In this document: in pieces, positions 1 to 9,667 of the stretch
How the letters are laid out: the number at the start of each line of letters is the position of its first letter
Position numbering within the stretch: the first letter of the stretch is position 1
NCBI RefSeq assembly: GCF_009601705.1
Contig: NZ_CP045687.1
Location: forward strand, 95,527-127,526
Direction: 5' to 3'
DNA length: 32,000 bases
From: Saccharolobus sp. E5-1-F
GTDB taxonomy: Archaea > Thermoproteota > Thermoprotei_A > Sulfolobales > Sulfolobaceae
Translations under genes and position numbers: made by a program
The notes under the pieces: model-generated
What the model saw: the letters and a program-made list of their open reading frames with translations, nothing else
What the model was told of the DNA's origin: nothing
The model's database searches: none

Positions 1-1247
1 ATAAGCCTTATTACGTTATCCCATCGTCCAGCTTTATACACTAGCAATCCACTTTTTAACGCTTCTTCTATAACTATCTTTGTTCCTTCGCTCCAAGGTT
101 CCTTTCCTTCCTTAACTAGCTCTATTCCTACCATAAATCCTAATCCCCTTATATCACCTACATGGAGATTTTCAACTTCCCTTAATTCCTCTAAGATTTT
201 TTTGCCTAACCTATCTACCCTTTGAAGAATGTTATATTTTTCTATAAATTCTAAAGAAGCTAATCCGGCTGCTAATCCTAAAGGATTTCCCCTATAAGTA
301 CCAAGATGAAAGCCAGTAGGTAGTTTATTGAAATCTTCCCTATAAGCTACCATCGAAACTGGTATACCTTCACCTATCGCCTTGGAAATCGTCACTATAT
401 CTGGTTCAATATTTTCCCATTGATATGCCCACATCTTTCCAGTACGCCCTACACCAGTTTGCACTTCGTCAACTATTAATGGAACTGAGTACTTTTCCGC
501 TAATTCCTTAAGACCTTTAAGAAAACCTTTGGGTGGAACTACGTAACCGCCTTCCCCTTGTATTGGTTCTACTAGTATTCCAGCTACGTCACCGCCTAAA
601 TATCCAGGATTCGACATTGCGTAGTCTAATAAGCTTAATATTTCATTTAAACAATCCTTAAATGGACATCTATAAGGATAAGGATAAGGAAACTTCACTA
701 GTCTGTCGTCAAAGAACTGATTAAACTCCTTAAATCTATTAGCCCCAGTTAAACCTAAAGTACCGGCAGTTATCCCGTGATAAGACCCTTCAAAAGCAAT
801 TATTGTTTTCTTTCCAGTGATAAATCTCGCTATCTTCACTGCTGCTTCAACTGCATCTGCACCAGTCGTAGTAAATAATAGTTTAGCCTTAAATCCTAAA
901 GTAGATAATAACTTTTTGCTAAAATTAACTCTAGTCTCCGTTGGTATTTCTAAAGTGTGCCATACCCTTTCCAATTGCTCTTGAACTCTCTTCCTTATAA
1001 AGGGATTATTATGACCTAGATTAACTACTGATATCCCTGTGACCATATCAATGTATACGTTGCCATCAGCGTCGATTATGGTAGAACCTTGAGCTTTGTC
1101 AATTGCTATCTTAAAGTACTTAGGATAGTTTATGGCTGAAGTTTCACTCTCTTCTTGTTCTTTTAGCAACTTAACCGATTTAGGACCTGGCGGGGTAAAA
1201 TTAACTATTGGTGCTTCTAGTATGCTACCGTCTAAATTTTCTTCCAT
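1..1247 (-). CDS. Class-III (PLP-dependent) aminotransferase, 4-aminobutyrate aminotransferase-like; C-terminus runs off the window
   Basis: Manual reverse translation from ATG at 1247: MEENLDGSILEAPIVNFTPPGPKSVKLLKEQEESETSAINYPKYFKIAIDKAQGSTIIDADGNVYIDMVTGISVVNLGHNNP...VPLIVDEVQTGVGRTGKMW; typical class-III motifs. Absent from the ORF track because it is truncated by the window edge. Confidence 0.93.
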   Translation of the reverse strand, partial: MEENLDGSILEAPIVNFTPPGPKSVKLLKEQEESETSAINYPKYFKIAIDKAQGSTIIDADGNVYIDMVTGISVVNLGHNNPFIRKRVQEQLERVWHTLEIPTETRVNFSKKLLSTLGFKAKLLFTTTGADAVEAAVKIARFITGKKTIIAFEGSYHGITAGTLGLTGANRFKEFNQFFDDRLVKFPYPYPYRCPFKDCLNEILSLLDYAMSNPGYLGGDVAGILVEPIQGEGGYVVPPKGFLKGLKELAEKYSVPLIVDEVQTGVGRTGKMWAYQWENIEPDIVTISKAIGEGIPVSMVAYREDFNKLPTGFHLGTYRGNPLGLAAGLASLEFIEKYNILQRVDRLGKKILEELREVENLHVGDIRGLGFMVGIELVKEGKEPWSEGTKIVIEEALKSGLLVYKAGRWDNVIRL

Positions 1248-1565
1248 ATACTAACTTCCTTGAACTGTTTAAAAAAGATCAACTATCATGTATATTCGGT
1301 CTAAGTATTACCTCGAGGATCAATCTGAAAAGCTGTAATAATTTCTAAAATAGATACAGTTTAAACTAGTACAATCTTTGTTACTAGAAATATGATAATC
1401 TTAAATAATACTAAATAAAAACTGAAGATAGCAATTTAAATTTTCCATTATCCGAAGTTAGGTAGCTTTGTTGAAAAAAGATATCCACATTTACGGGAAT
1501 TTAAATATTTTAAAAATTTGATAGTAGTAAGGTTTTTAAGCACCTTATATACCACACTACTTAAA

Positions 1566-3155
1566 ATGCCAGATAAAAATCAATCTGTTTTCATAAGACA
1601 ATCTTCTGGATTAGTAAGAGAAGTTAGTCCATGGACATCATTTTTCGCTACATTTGGGCTAGTAACGGGCGGAATACCCATATTGATAGTTTCATGGCTT
1701 TATCTTGCTCCGGGCGCAAATTGGACTATATCTTACTTGATATCACTGTTACCTACTTTAGGAATGGCATTTCTTTTTTACATTGCGTCAATTTCAACCC
1801 CTAGATCAGGTGGGGATTACGTATTTCAGGCTAGATCGTCACATTCCTTAGTAGCGTTTGTCAACTATTGGGCCCTATGGATAGCTTTTGCACTGTCTTT
1901 AGGACTATATAGTTATTTAGGTGCGCAATGGTTTGCTTATTTATTTAGCGGTTTAGGGCTTTTTTACAATAATCAAATATTAATAAACTTAGGCTCATTT
2001 TTTACCACAACTCTAGGGAGTGTAATAGTAGGCATAATAATACTTATTATTGGAGCAATTGTAGCCTCGATAGGAAAATATGGTTGGAACTTCGTATTTA
2101 TAACCGGCGTTATATCCATACTCTCGACGATAGTTACATTCGTGGCTTTAGCCTTAATAACCCCTTCACAGTTCTCTAATGCATTATCATCTTTTACTGG
2201 AGTAAATAACGCATACAACGAAGTCATATCCACTGCTACTTCAAATGGCTTAAGTTTTGTATCCCCATTTTATGGAGCCTTCCTAGCAATTCCAGTAGTA
2301 TGGTATTATTATGTATGGTATAATTTACCAGCATCTTGGAGTGGAGAGATGAAGAAAGTAAAGTATAATTCACTATTAGGTATAGTCATTGCAGTATTAT
2401 TCATAGGAGTCTATTATATTCTATTTACCTTCCTTAATCTTCACGCCTTTGGTGAGAGATTCTTAACATCTTGGTCATTCATTTCCGCAAATTCGTTAAA
2501 TAGCACAGTTTATAATGATCTTAGTAGCATGGGCACGTTCACTCCTTTCTTCGCCTTATTAGTAAACCATGATGTACTTTTATACATTATAATGTGGATA
2601 GCTTTCTGGTTACCTAATTTCTACAGTAATCCCCCCTTAGTTGTCTCCTTAACCAGATATCTGTTTGCGTGGGCGTTTGATAGGATAATGCCAGAGAGGT
2701 TAGCTGATGTAAATGAAAGGTTCCATATACCACTAATCTCAACCATAATCACTGTAATTATTGGTTTAATAGGAGTACTACTTTACGCATATTTACCAGC
2801 AATATCAATTGTAGATGTAACAGTGATATTCGAAATAAGCTATGGAGTTTTCGCCCTAACTACTGCATTATCACCTTTCATAAAGAAGAACTTCTTCAAC
2901 AGAGTCGTACCTATTAAAAGTATAAGAAACATTCCGCTAGTATCTTTAATAGGATTTCCTGTGTTTGGATTCCTTCTTTATGCGTTATATCAAACCTGGG
3001 GAAATCCAATATTGCTTCCAATAAACTTCCCTACAATACTTTCATTAGTAATAATATATGCAAGCGGAATTATGATTTATACAATCTCATACATCATTAA
3101 TAAGGAGAGAGGAATACAAATGAACTTAATTTTTGAGGAAATACCACCAGAATAA
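1566..3155 (+). CDS. APC superfamily amino acid permease
   Basis: Track ORF 1518..3155; the internal ATG at 1566 ([21 protein letters not shown]...) is the likelier start. Multi-TM, with the APC N-terminal signature '[12 protein letters not shown]'. Confidence 0.88.
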   Translation: MPDKNQSVFIRQSSGLVREVSPWTSFFATFGLVTGGIPILIVSWLYLAPGANWTISYLISLLPTLGMAFLFYIASISTPRSGGDYVFQARSSHSLVAFVNYWALWIAFALSLGLYSYLGAQWFAYLFSGLGLFYNNQILINLGSFFTTTLGSVIVGIIILIIGAIVASIGKYGWNFVFITGVISILSTIVTFVALALITPSQFSNALSSFTGVNNAYNEVISTATSNGLSFVSPFYGAFLAIPVVWYYYVWYNLPASWSGEMKKVKYNSLLGIVIAVLFIGVYYILFTFLNLHAFGERFLTSWSFISANSLNSTVYNDLSSMGTFTPFFALLVNHDVLLYIIMWIAFWLPNFYSNPPLVVSLTRYLFAWAFDRIMPERLADVNERFHIPLISTIITVIIGLIGVLLYAYLPAISIVDVTVIFEISYGVFALTTALSPFIKKNFFNRVVPIKSIRNIPLVSLIGFPVFGFLLYALYQTWGNPILLPINFPTILSLVIIYASGIMIYTISYIINKERGIQMNLIFEEIPPE

Positions 3156-3233
3156 CCAACTCCCTTCTTTACTTTTTTCATCTTCTTTTTTGATATTTAA
3201 TTTTAAATACAAGTTAATCATATTCTAACTCTT

Positions 3234-4208
3234 GTGGGGCTATTCAAAAGGAATAATCCAGATTCAAACAAGATAGGTGGCCTTAAGATATTATTCACAA
3301 GTGACCTTCACGGTTCTGAAACAGCTTTTAGAAAATTCCTTAATGCGGCTTTAATGACAAAAGCTGATACGTTAATCATAGGAGGAGATCTAGCTGGCAA
3401 ATCGTTGGTTCCAATAATAGATGTAGGAAATGGCAAGTTTAAGGTAGAAGATAAAATTGTGGGAAAAGATGGTTTAGATGAAATTATCAAGAAATACAAA
3501 TCTTCTGGGGTTTATTATACGATAGTTGACCAAAAAGGTCTTACAGAATTGAATGAAAATCGAAAAGCGTTAGATGAGGAATTTATGAGGGTAATACTAG
3601 AGAGATTAGAAGAGTGGGATAGGATAGCCGAAGAAAAGTTGAAGGGAACAAATCTAAAAATCTACACGAACTTAGGCAATGACGATCCCTTATACATGTT
3701 TGATGTTATAAGCAAGAGCGAAAGAATGGTGAAATGTGAGGGAGAAATTGTCAATATAAATGGATACGAGATGATTACTTTCGGCTATGTTAATCCCACA
3801 CCATGGAACACTCCAAGGGAGATGACAGAAGATCAAATCTACTCTAATCTAAAGCAGATGATAGAGAAAGTTGAGGATCCTACTAAGACAATTTTCAACT
3901 TACATGCTCCACCATATGGTACAAATTTAGACAATGCACCATTATTAGATAAAACGTTAAAGCCTGTAGTAAAAAATGGTGAAATAGTAATGACGCATGT
4001 AGGCTCTACGTCAATAAGGAAATTGGAGGAGGAATTTCAACCCTTATTGGGTATTCATGGACACATTCACGAATCAAGAGCATTTGATAAGATAAATAAG
4101 ACTATTATTATTAATCCAGGTAGTGAGTATAATTTGGGAATGTTGCATGCAACATATATAATCTTGGAAGACAATAAGATAAAAACACATCAATTTGTTA
4201 TAGGGTGA
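3234..4208 (+). CDS. Calcineurin-like metallophosphoesterase
   Basis: Motifs FTSDLHGSE, GGDLAGK, YTNLGNDDP, IHGHIHES, INPGSEY. Confidence 0.88.
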   Translation: MGLFKRNNPDSNKIGGLKILFTSDLHGSETAFRKFLNAALMTKADTLIIGGDLAGKSLVPIIDVGNGKFKVEDKIVGKDGLDEIIKKYKSSGVYYTIVDQKGLTELNENRKALDEEFMRVILERLEEWDRIAEEKLKGTNLKIYTNLGNDDPLYMFDVISKSERMVKCEGEIVNINGYEMITFGYVNPTPWNTPREMTEDQIYSNLKQMIEKVEDPTKTIFNLHAPPYGTNLDNAPLLDKTLKPVVKNGEIVMTHVGSTSIRKLEEEFQPLLGIHGHIHESRAFDKINKTIIINPGSEYNLGMLHATYIILEDNKIKTHQFVIG

Positions 4209-4285
4209 TCCAATAGTAAATAGTAGTGATATATATTAGTTTAAAGAACTAGTCCAACTTAATTAGCTTTTCGTGTTAGTATCTT

Positions 4286-5617
4286 TTACCCTCGAAATTC
4301 CTTATCTGCTTCCTTTAATATATCATCTATAGCGTTTATACCATCGTCTATCTCCTCCTTATTAATTATTAAAGGAGGTGAAATTATAAACCATGACGGA
4401 CCATTATAAACATAAATATTCTTCTCTAACAGTAGTTTTCTAGCTAACACATCTACAAAAGTAGATCTACCCTCATACTTATCCTCATACCCTCCAAATG
4501 GAGTATTATTCTTATCCTTTACCAACTCAACTGCCCAAAATAATCCAACCCCTCTCACATCACCAATACTTTTATGTCTCTCTTTCAATTCTTGAAGCCT
4601 TTTACCCAAGTAGTCCCCCATTATCTTTACGTGAGATAGAATGTTAAGCCTCTCGTATTCCTCTATTACTGCAGGAATAGCAGACAATGAAACTGGATGG
4701 GCCTCAAAAGTATGTCCATGAGCGAAAACTTCATCTTCAAAGAACTCTCCTATCTCTTTACTCACACCGGTTATTCCTATTGGTACGTAAGATGCGGAAG
4801 CACCTTTAGCAGTAGTCAATATATCTGGCTCGATATTCCATAAATTCACAGCGAACCATTCTCCTACTCTTCCCCAACCTGTCATAACTTCATCAGCAAT
4901 AAATAAAACGTCATTCTCCTTAGCTATTTTCCTCATTAAAGGCATGTACTCTTTAGGAGGAACTATAACACCATTCGTACCAGTTATCGGTTCGATGATC
5001 ATTGCTACTACGTTCTTTTCTTGTTTAATAACGTAATCAACATAGTTCGCACATGCTATTCCACAATCAGGGTATTTTAGCTTAAGTGGACATCTAAAGC
5101 AATAAGGTTCTGGTATCCTCACAACTCCTGGCATGGTATTGGGCTCAACGAACCATCTTCGATAATCTCCAGTCAAGGATATTGATCCCTCAGTAGACCC
5201 ATGATACGACCTATACCTAGCTAAAACCTTATATTTAGGCTTCTTGTAAAGCCTAGCTATTTTTATCGCCGCTTCGTTAGCCTCAGTACCAGAAGTAGAA
5301 TAGAAAAACTTACCAATGCTTCTAGGCATAACCTTAAGTAAAGCTTTTGTCGCCTTTGCCCTAACATCCGCACCGAAAGAGGGATTTATATATTGTAACT
5401 TATCCAATTGTTCTTTTATACTATTTATAACTCTTTCATTTCCATAGCCCAAATTTACGTTAACGAATTGTGAGGAAAAATCCAAGTATCTCTTTCCCTC
5501 TATATCATAAAAGTAGACTCCACTTGCACTGGACACAATTATGGGATCCCAGCCCTTTTGTTTACTCCACGTTTTAAAGGTATGATCTCTAATAATCTTC
5601 TTATACTCTTCTTCCAT
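4286..5617 (-). CDS. Class-III aminotransferase (omega-amino acid / taurine-pyruvate type)
   Basis: Track ORF 4286..5638; likely start at internal ATG 5617 (MEEEYKKIIRDHTF). Motifs STSGTEANEAAIKIAR, YHGSTEG, FIADEVMTGWGRVGEWFA, TTAKGASASYVPIG. Confidence 0.92.
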   Translation of the reverse strand: MEEEYKKIIRDHTFKTWSKQKGWDPIIVSSASGVYFYDIEGKRYLDFSSQFVNVNLGYGNERVINSIKEQLDKLQYINPSFGADVRAKATKALLKVMPRSIGKFFYSTSGTEANEAAIKIARLYKKPKYKVLARYRSYHGSTEGSISLTGDYRRWFVEPNTMPGVVRIPEPYCFRCPLKLKYPDCGIACANYVDYVIKQEKNVVAMIIEPITGTNGVIVPPKEYMPLMRKIAKENDVLFIADEVMTGWGRVGEWFAVNLWNIEPDILTTAKGASASYVPIGITGVSKEIGEFFEDEVFAHGHTFEAHPVSLSAIPAVIEEYERLNILSHVKIMGDYLGKRLQELKERHKSIGDVRGVGLFWAVELVKDKNNTPFGGYEDKYEGRSTFVDVLARKLLLEKNIYVYNGPSWFIISPPLIINKEEIDDGINAIDDILKEADKEFRG

Positions 5618-5695
5618 ATTCAATATCTTATAACACACATTATAAACTTTTTACAGTTATAGTTGAAATTAATAAAAAATTGTATATCTCCAATA

Positions 5696-6919
5696 TTATT
5701 GGTGGTCTAAAAGTTCCACAGTCTTCTCAAGAACTCTTAACCCATTTAACATATCTTCATCTGAAGAAAACTCTTCCTTTGCGTGACTAATGCCTAAATG
5801 AGATGGAATAAATATCATACCAACTTTAGAGATCTTAGCCATATACTGTGCGTCATGCCCAGCCCAACTGTACATAAGCTTATATCTCATACCTAACTCT
5901 TTACACGCTCTTTCAATAATAGTAATAACTTCTTCAGAGAAACTCACAGGGTTAGCTGTCCACAAATGTTTATATTCTATTTCTAATCTCTCATCATCAG
6001 CTATCCTCTTGGCAATCTCAACTAGTTCACTTATAGCCTGATCTATCTTATTCTTCTCGACGCTCCTAACGTCAACAGTAAGTCTAACTTCCCTAGGTAT
6101 AGCGTTATATACATTTGGTTTAACGTTAAGTATACCTACAGTTGCCCTTAAGTTTTCCTGTCTCTTTGCGTAATCCCTAACACTGGTTACGAATTTTGAG
6201 GCTCCAACTAAGGCATCCCTTCTTCTATTCATTGGTGTAGGTCCAGCTTGATTAGATTGCCCCTTAAATACTATCTCATATATACTTAAACCAGCAATCC
6301 CTAAAGGTATTCCAATTTGATATCCTTCCTCCTCCAAAACCGGTCCTTGTTCTATGTGAAGCTCTAAATAGTACTTAGGCTTCCTATACATTAATCTATT
6401 ACTCTCATCTCCCATAAAACCCGAAACCCTTAATGCCTCCTCAAAACTCGTATTGTCCTTATCTCTTCTCGAATACACGTAATTTTTATCGAAAACTCCA
6501 GTAGTTAATCCAGATCCTAGAAGTGAAGGTTGGAATCTAGCACCCTCTTCATTCGTGAAATCCACAAGTGTGATCGAATGGTTATACTTTATACCCCTTT
6601 CTTTAATACTCCGTAACAATTCAAGTCCTGCCATAACACCATAAAAACCATCATATTTTCCCCCATAAGGTACAGAATCCATGTGCGATCCAACCGCAAT
6701 AGTTTCATCTGATTTACCCCCTAACTCCCCGATTATATTTCCAGCATCGTCAACCCCTATTTCAACACCTATATTTGATAGAAGTTTTATTAGTTCCTTT
6801 CTAACTTTTATATCATATTCGCTTAATGCAAGTCTCATTACTCCCTCTTCAGTCCAACCTATGTTGGTTAATGAGTGAAAAGTTGTTAAAAATCTTCCTG
6901 GATCCATTAAATAATACAT
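5696..6919 (-). CDS. M20-family amidohydrolase, N-carbamoyl-amino-acid hydrolase / beta-ureidopropionase / allantoate amidohydrolase type
   Basis: GSHMDSVPYGGKYDGFYGVMAGLELLR, FTNEEGARFQPSLLGS, LHIEQGPVLEEEG, SWAGHDAQYMAKISKVGMIFIPSHLGISHAKEE. Confidence 0.9.
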   Translation of the reverse strand: MYYLMDPGRFLTTFHSLTNIGWTEEGVMRLALSEYDIKVRKELIKLLSNIGVEIGVDDAGNIIGELGGKSDETIAVGSHMDSVPYGGKYDGFYGVMAGLELLRSIKERGIKYNHSITLVDFTNEEGARFQPSLLGSGLTTGVFDKNYVYSRRDKDNTSFEEALRVSGFMGDESNRLMYRKPKYYLELHIEQGPVLEEEGYQIGIPLGIAGLSIYEIVFKGQSNQAGPTPMNRRRDALVGASKFVTSVRDYAKRQENLRATVGILNVKPNVYNAIPREVRLTVDVRSVEKNKIDQAISELVEIAKRIADDERLEIEYKHLWTANPVSFSEEVITIIERACKELGMRYKLMYSWAGHDAQYMAKISKVGMIFIPSHLGISHAKEEFSSDEDMLNGLRVLEKTVELLDHQ

Positions 6920-7094
6920 TCATTAATTATAGCTAAAAATTTTTAACGACGTTATTTAGGGGGTTTAATAGTAGTTTCTTCTTCTTTAAAACGAGTAGCC
7001 CTTTCTTCCTTAAGATCTCTAAGGAATCAGCGTACTTAGATCTCAGTGTAATCCTTATATCGTCTACAGAAGTTTCATTATTTGTCTATACACT

Positions 7095-7242
7095 TTCATC
7101 CTATTTAGGTCATCCCGCTAATGGAGTGGAGAAGGATGAACAGCTTTGTCCGGGACTTTGGTGAAGCCCAAGGGCTGAGAATTGGATTCATGAAAATTCA
7201 ATGAACCCTAAATTCCCACAGCATGGTTTAATGTTCATTGAA
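7095..7242. other. Unannotated GC-richer structured island (candidate ncRNA or degenerate mobile-element end)
   Basis: Three inverted repeats in about 150 nt: ttcatcct(7095-7102)/aggatgaa(7133-7140); agccc(7165-7169)/gggct(7172-7176); ttcaatgaac(7197-7206)/gttcattgaa(7233-7242). Lies in a roughly 530-bp gap with no credible ORF. Confidence 0.35.
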
Positions 7243-7448
7243 GAAAATGTGAATAAGTTTATCAATTGGTTATAGGGTTTAGATAAGGTTGGATTAAATT
7301 TAATGAGTTACTAAGACATAAGAAGGAGAAAAAATAACTTTTAAAGTTTAGTATGTATTCTAAATTTAAACTAGTTACTACGATTCACCCTTTTTTAACA
7401 AACTAGTAAACGTAATAATTTATATATATCAAATTATATTCTCTCCAC

Positions 7449-8707
7449 ATGTCTGGGAATTTAAGATGGAAGATCGTTTTGATTGTGTTTGCGTTAATTA
7501 TAGTAGACTACATAGATAGGGGATTAATAAATACTGCATTACCAGTACTAAAGAGTGAATTTCATATAAGTTCTTTTGAAGCAGGAGTCATAGGAAATGG
7601 TTTCACTTTTGGGTATCTTATAATGAACCCATTAGTTGGATACCTTTTAGATAAATATGGGCCTAAAAGGATTTTCACTAGATTCGCAATCTTCTGGGGA
7701 GCTGTGCAAACTGTTAATGTGTTTGCTTTCTCTGCTTTTTACTTTATAGTAACTAGAGTATTGCTAGGAATTGGAGAAGCAGTTGGTTTCCCTGGAGTTA
7801 CAAAGATAGTCGCAAACTGGTTAAGAAAAGATGAAAAAGCTAGAGGTGGTACGATTTCAGACTCTGGAGTGAATTTAGGGATAGTTTTCAGTTCCTTATT
7901 TATGTTAGGATTGTTTTCAATAATTCCTAGTCGAGAATTGGCATGGAGGTTGGGATTTTTAGTTAGTGGTCTTTTGGCTATAGTTCTCGCTATCGTATTG
8001 GGTCGTCTCTTACACGATTTACCAGAACAGCATCCGAAGATTTCTAAAGAAGAATTAGATTACATCTTATCTGGCAGAGAAAAAGTTGACGTAAAAACTA
8101 AGCTACCATTGTCGTATTGGTTAAGTAATAAGAATTACTGGGGATATATGCAAGGTTTAGGAGCACAAGCAGGAATATTCTTCGGCCTATTCACTTGGTT
8201 ACCTTTATATCTTTTTATGCTAGGCATCTTTCTCTATCCTTTACGTTAGAATATACTGCATTAATATGGAGTTTTGGCTTCATAGGAGAGATAGTAGGAG
8301 GTTATGTTGTTGACAAATTAATTAAGAGAAATCCTAATTTAGGTTTCAAAGCAGGGTTTGCAGTCAGTTCTTTATCAGTTACTATAGGTCTTGCTGCTGC
8401 TACTCTAGTTTCATCATCTGCGGAAGCAGTTGAAATATTGATGATAACCTTCTTCTTCTTAAGATGGTCGGGTATTCAGTGGGCTGCACCATCCTTTTTG
8501 GTTTCCTCTGAATTAGCTGGTCAATTTGGCGGTCATATTGGATTTTGGGAAACTCTATGGGGAATAGTAGTACCAATAGTGTTTGGTGCTACTGTGCAAG
8601 TTACTGGAGCATATCTCTTAGGAATGGAAATTCTGATTGGAATAGGCCTTATATACTTCATAGGTACTGTAATAGTAACTAGTTATAAACAAATAAAGGT
8701 GAGCTAA
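7449..8707 (+). pseudogene. MFS transporter (anion:cation symporter-like) split by a single-nucleotide shift; fragments 7449..8249 and 8195..8707
   Basis: First ORF ends ...WLPLYLFMLGIFLYPLR*; the -1 frame continues YARHLSLSFTLEYTALIWSFGFIGEIVGGYV... Adding one T in the T-run at 8212-8216 (or a -1 slip there) restores WLPLYLFYARHLSLSF. Confidence 0.85.
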
Positions 8708-8710
8708 AAA

Positions 8711-9667
8711 TTGTGGAAAGTATTTTTTCTTAATGGGAATTTCGTCAAAGAAAGTGTTAAAGATGAGCTTCCTAAACCGAATGAAGTAAAGGTTTTTCCT
8801 AAATACATAGGAATATGTGGAACTGATAAGAATATTTACTTAGGTAAAAAGCCTGTTAAGGAACCACTAGTCTTAGGACACGAAATATCTGGAATAACTG
8901 AAAAAGGGGAAAAGGTAGCTATTTTTCCAAATTACTGGTGTGGTTACTGCAATAATTGTAGAAGAGGATTTTATAATAGTTGTAAGAATAAGATATCAAT
9001 TGGAGTTAACGCTGATGGTGGAATGGCAGAATATATCAACGTACCTAAAGATTTCGTATTTAGGATTCCCGACACCTTAGATTTGAAATTAGGTGCTTTA
9101 ATAGAACCTACTGCAGTTGCTATTTCTGCAGTAAATAAAATAGACAAGGGTATAGAGAAAGTAATAATACTAGGTGGTGGTAGTACTGGAGCACTAATAT
9201 CAATAATAGCTGAAATAAATGGTTTAGAAGCATTCATAATAGAGAAGGATAAGAAGAAAGAAAGCGTGCTTAGAGAGAAGGGCTTTAGAGTAACCAGTGA
9301 ATTAGAGTTTAATGAAAAAATAGCGGTTATAGACACCATAAATAGTGAAGAAAGTATTGCATTAGCGCAAACTATTCTCAAAAACTCAATAGCTAGATCT
9401 GAGCTAATAATTACTGGATTAGATAAGGAACAAATTCTTTTAAATAGAGATATTATAGTTAGAAATGAAGTAGTTATTAAAGGCTCAATCATATATAGTA
9501 AAGATGATTTTTTGGATTCTATAAAAATTGTTAATGAAAACAAAGAAAAATTCCAAAAAATAGTAGATAAGGTAGGTTCGATAGATAACATTAATGAGTG
9601 GTTTAGGAAATACGTAATAGAAGAACCTAATATAAAAGTATTAGTAAAAATGGATTCTATTAAGTGA
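8711..9667 (+). CDS. Zinc-dependent medium-chain alcohol/sugar dehydrogenase
   Basis: TTG start; GICGTDKNIYLG, PLVLGHEISG, NYWCGYCNNCRRGFYNSCKNK (structural zinc lobe), ILGGGSTGALI Rossmann motif. Confidence 0.88.
   Translation: MWKVFFLNGNFVKESVKDELPKPNEVKVFPKYIGICGTDKNIYLGKKPVKEPLVLGHEISGITEKGEKVAIFPNYWCGYCNNCRRGFYNSCKNKISIGVNADGGMAEYINVPKDFVFRIPDTLDLKLGALIEPTAVAISAVNKIDKGIEKVIILGGGSTGALISIIAEINGLEAFIIEKDKKKESVLREKGFRVTSELEFNEKIAVIDTINSEESIALAQTILKNSIARSELIITGLDKEQILLNRDIIVRNEVVIKGSIIYSKDDFLDSIKIVNENKEKFQKIVDKVGSIDNINEWFRKYVIEEPNIKVLVKMDSIK

Noticed and set aside
6920-7448. Intact insertion sequence or complete TnpB/omega-RNA unit
   Set aside because: No transposase or TnpB ORF is present; only a structured non-coding segment can be seen, so a full element cannot be claimed.
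8971-9591. 206-aa ORF antisense to the zinc dehydrogenase gene
   Set aside because: Shadow ORF of a strongly supported coding gene; composition is low-complexity Ser/Ile/Leu with no recognisable motif.
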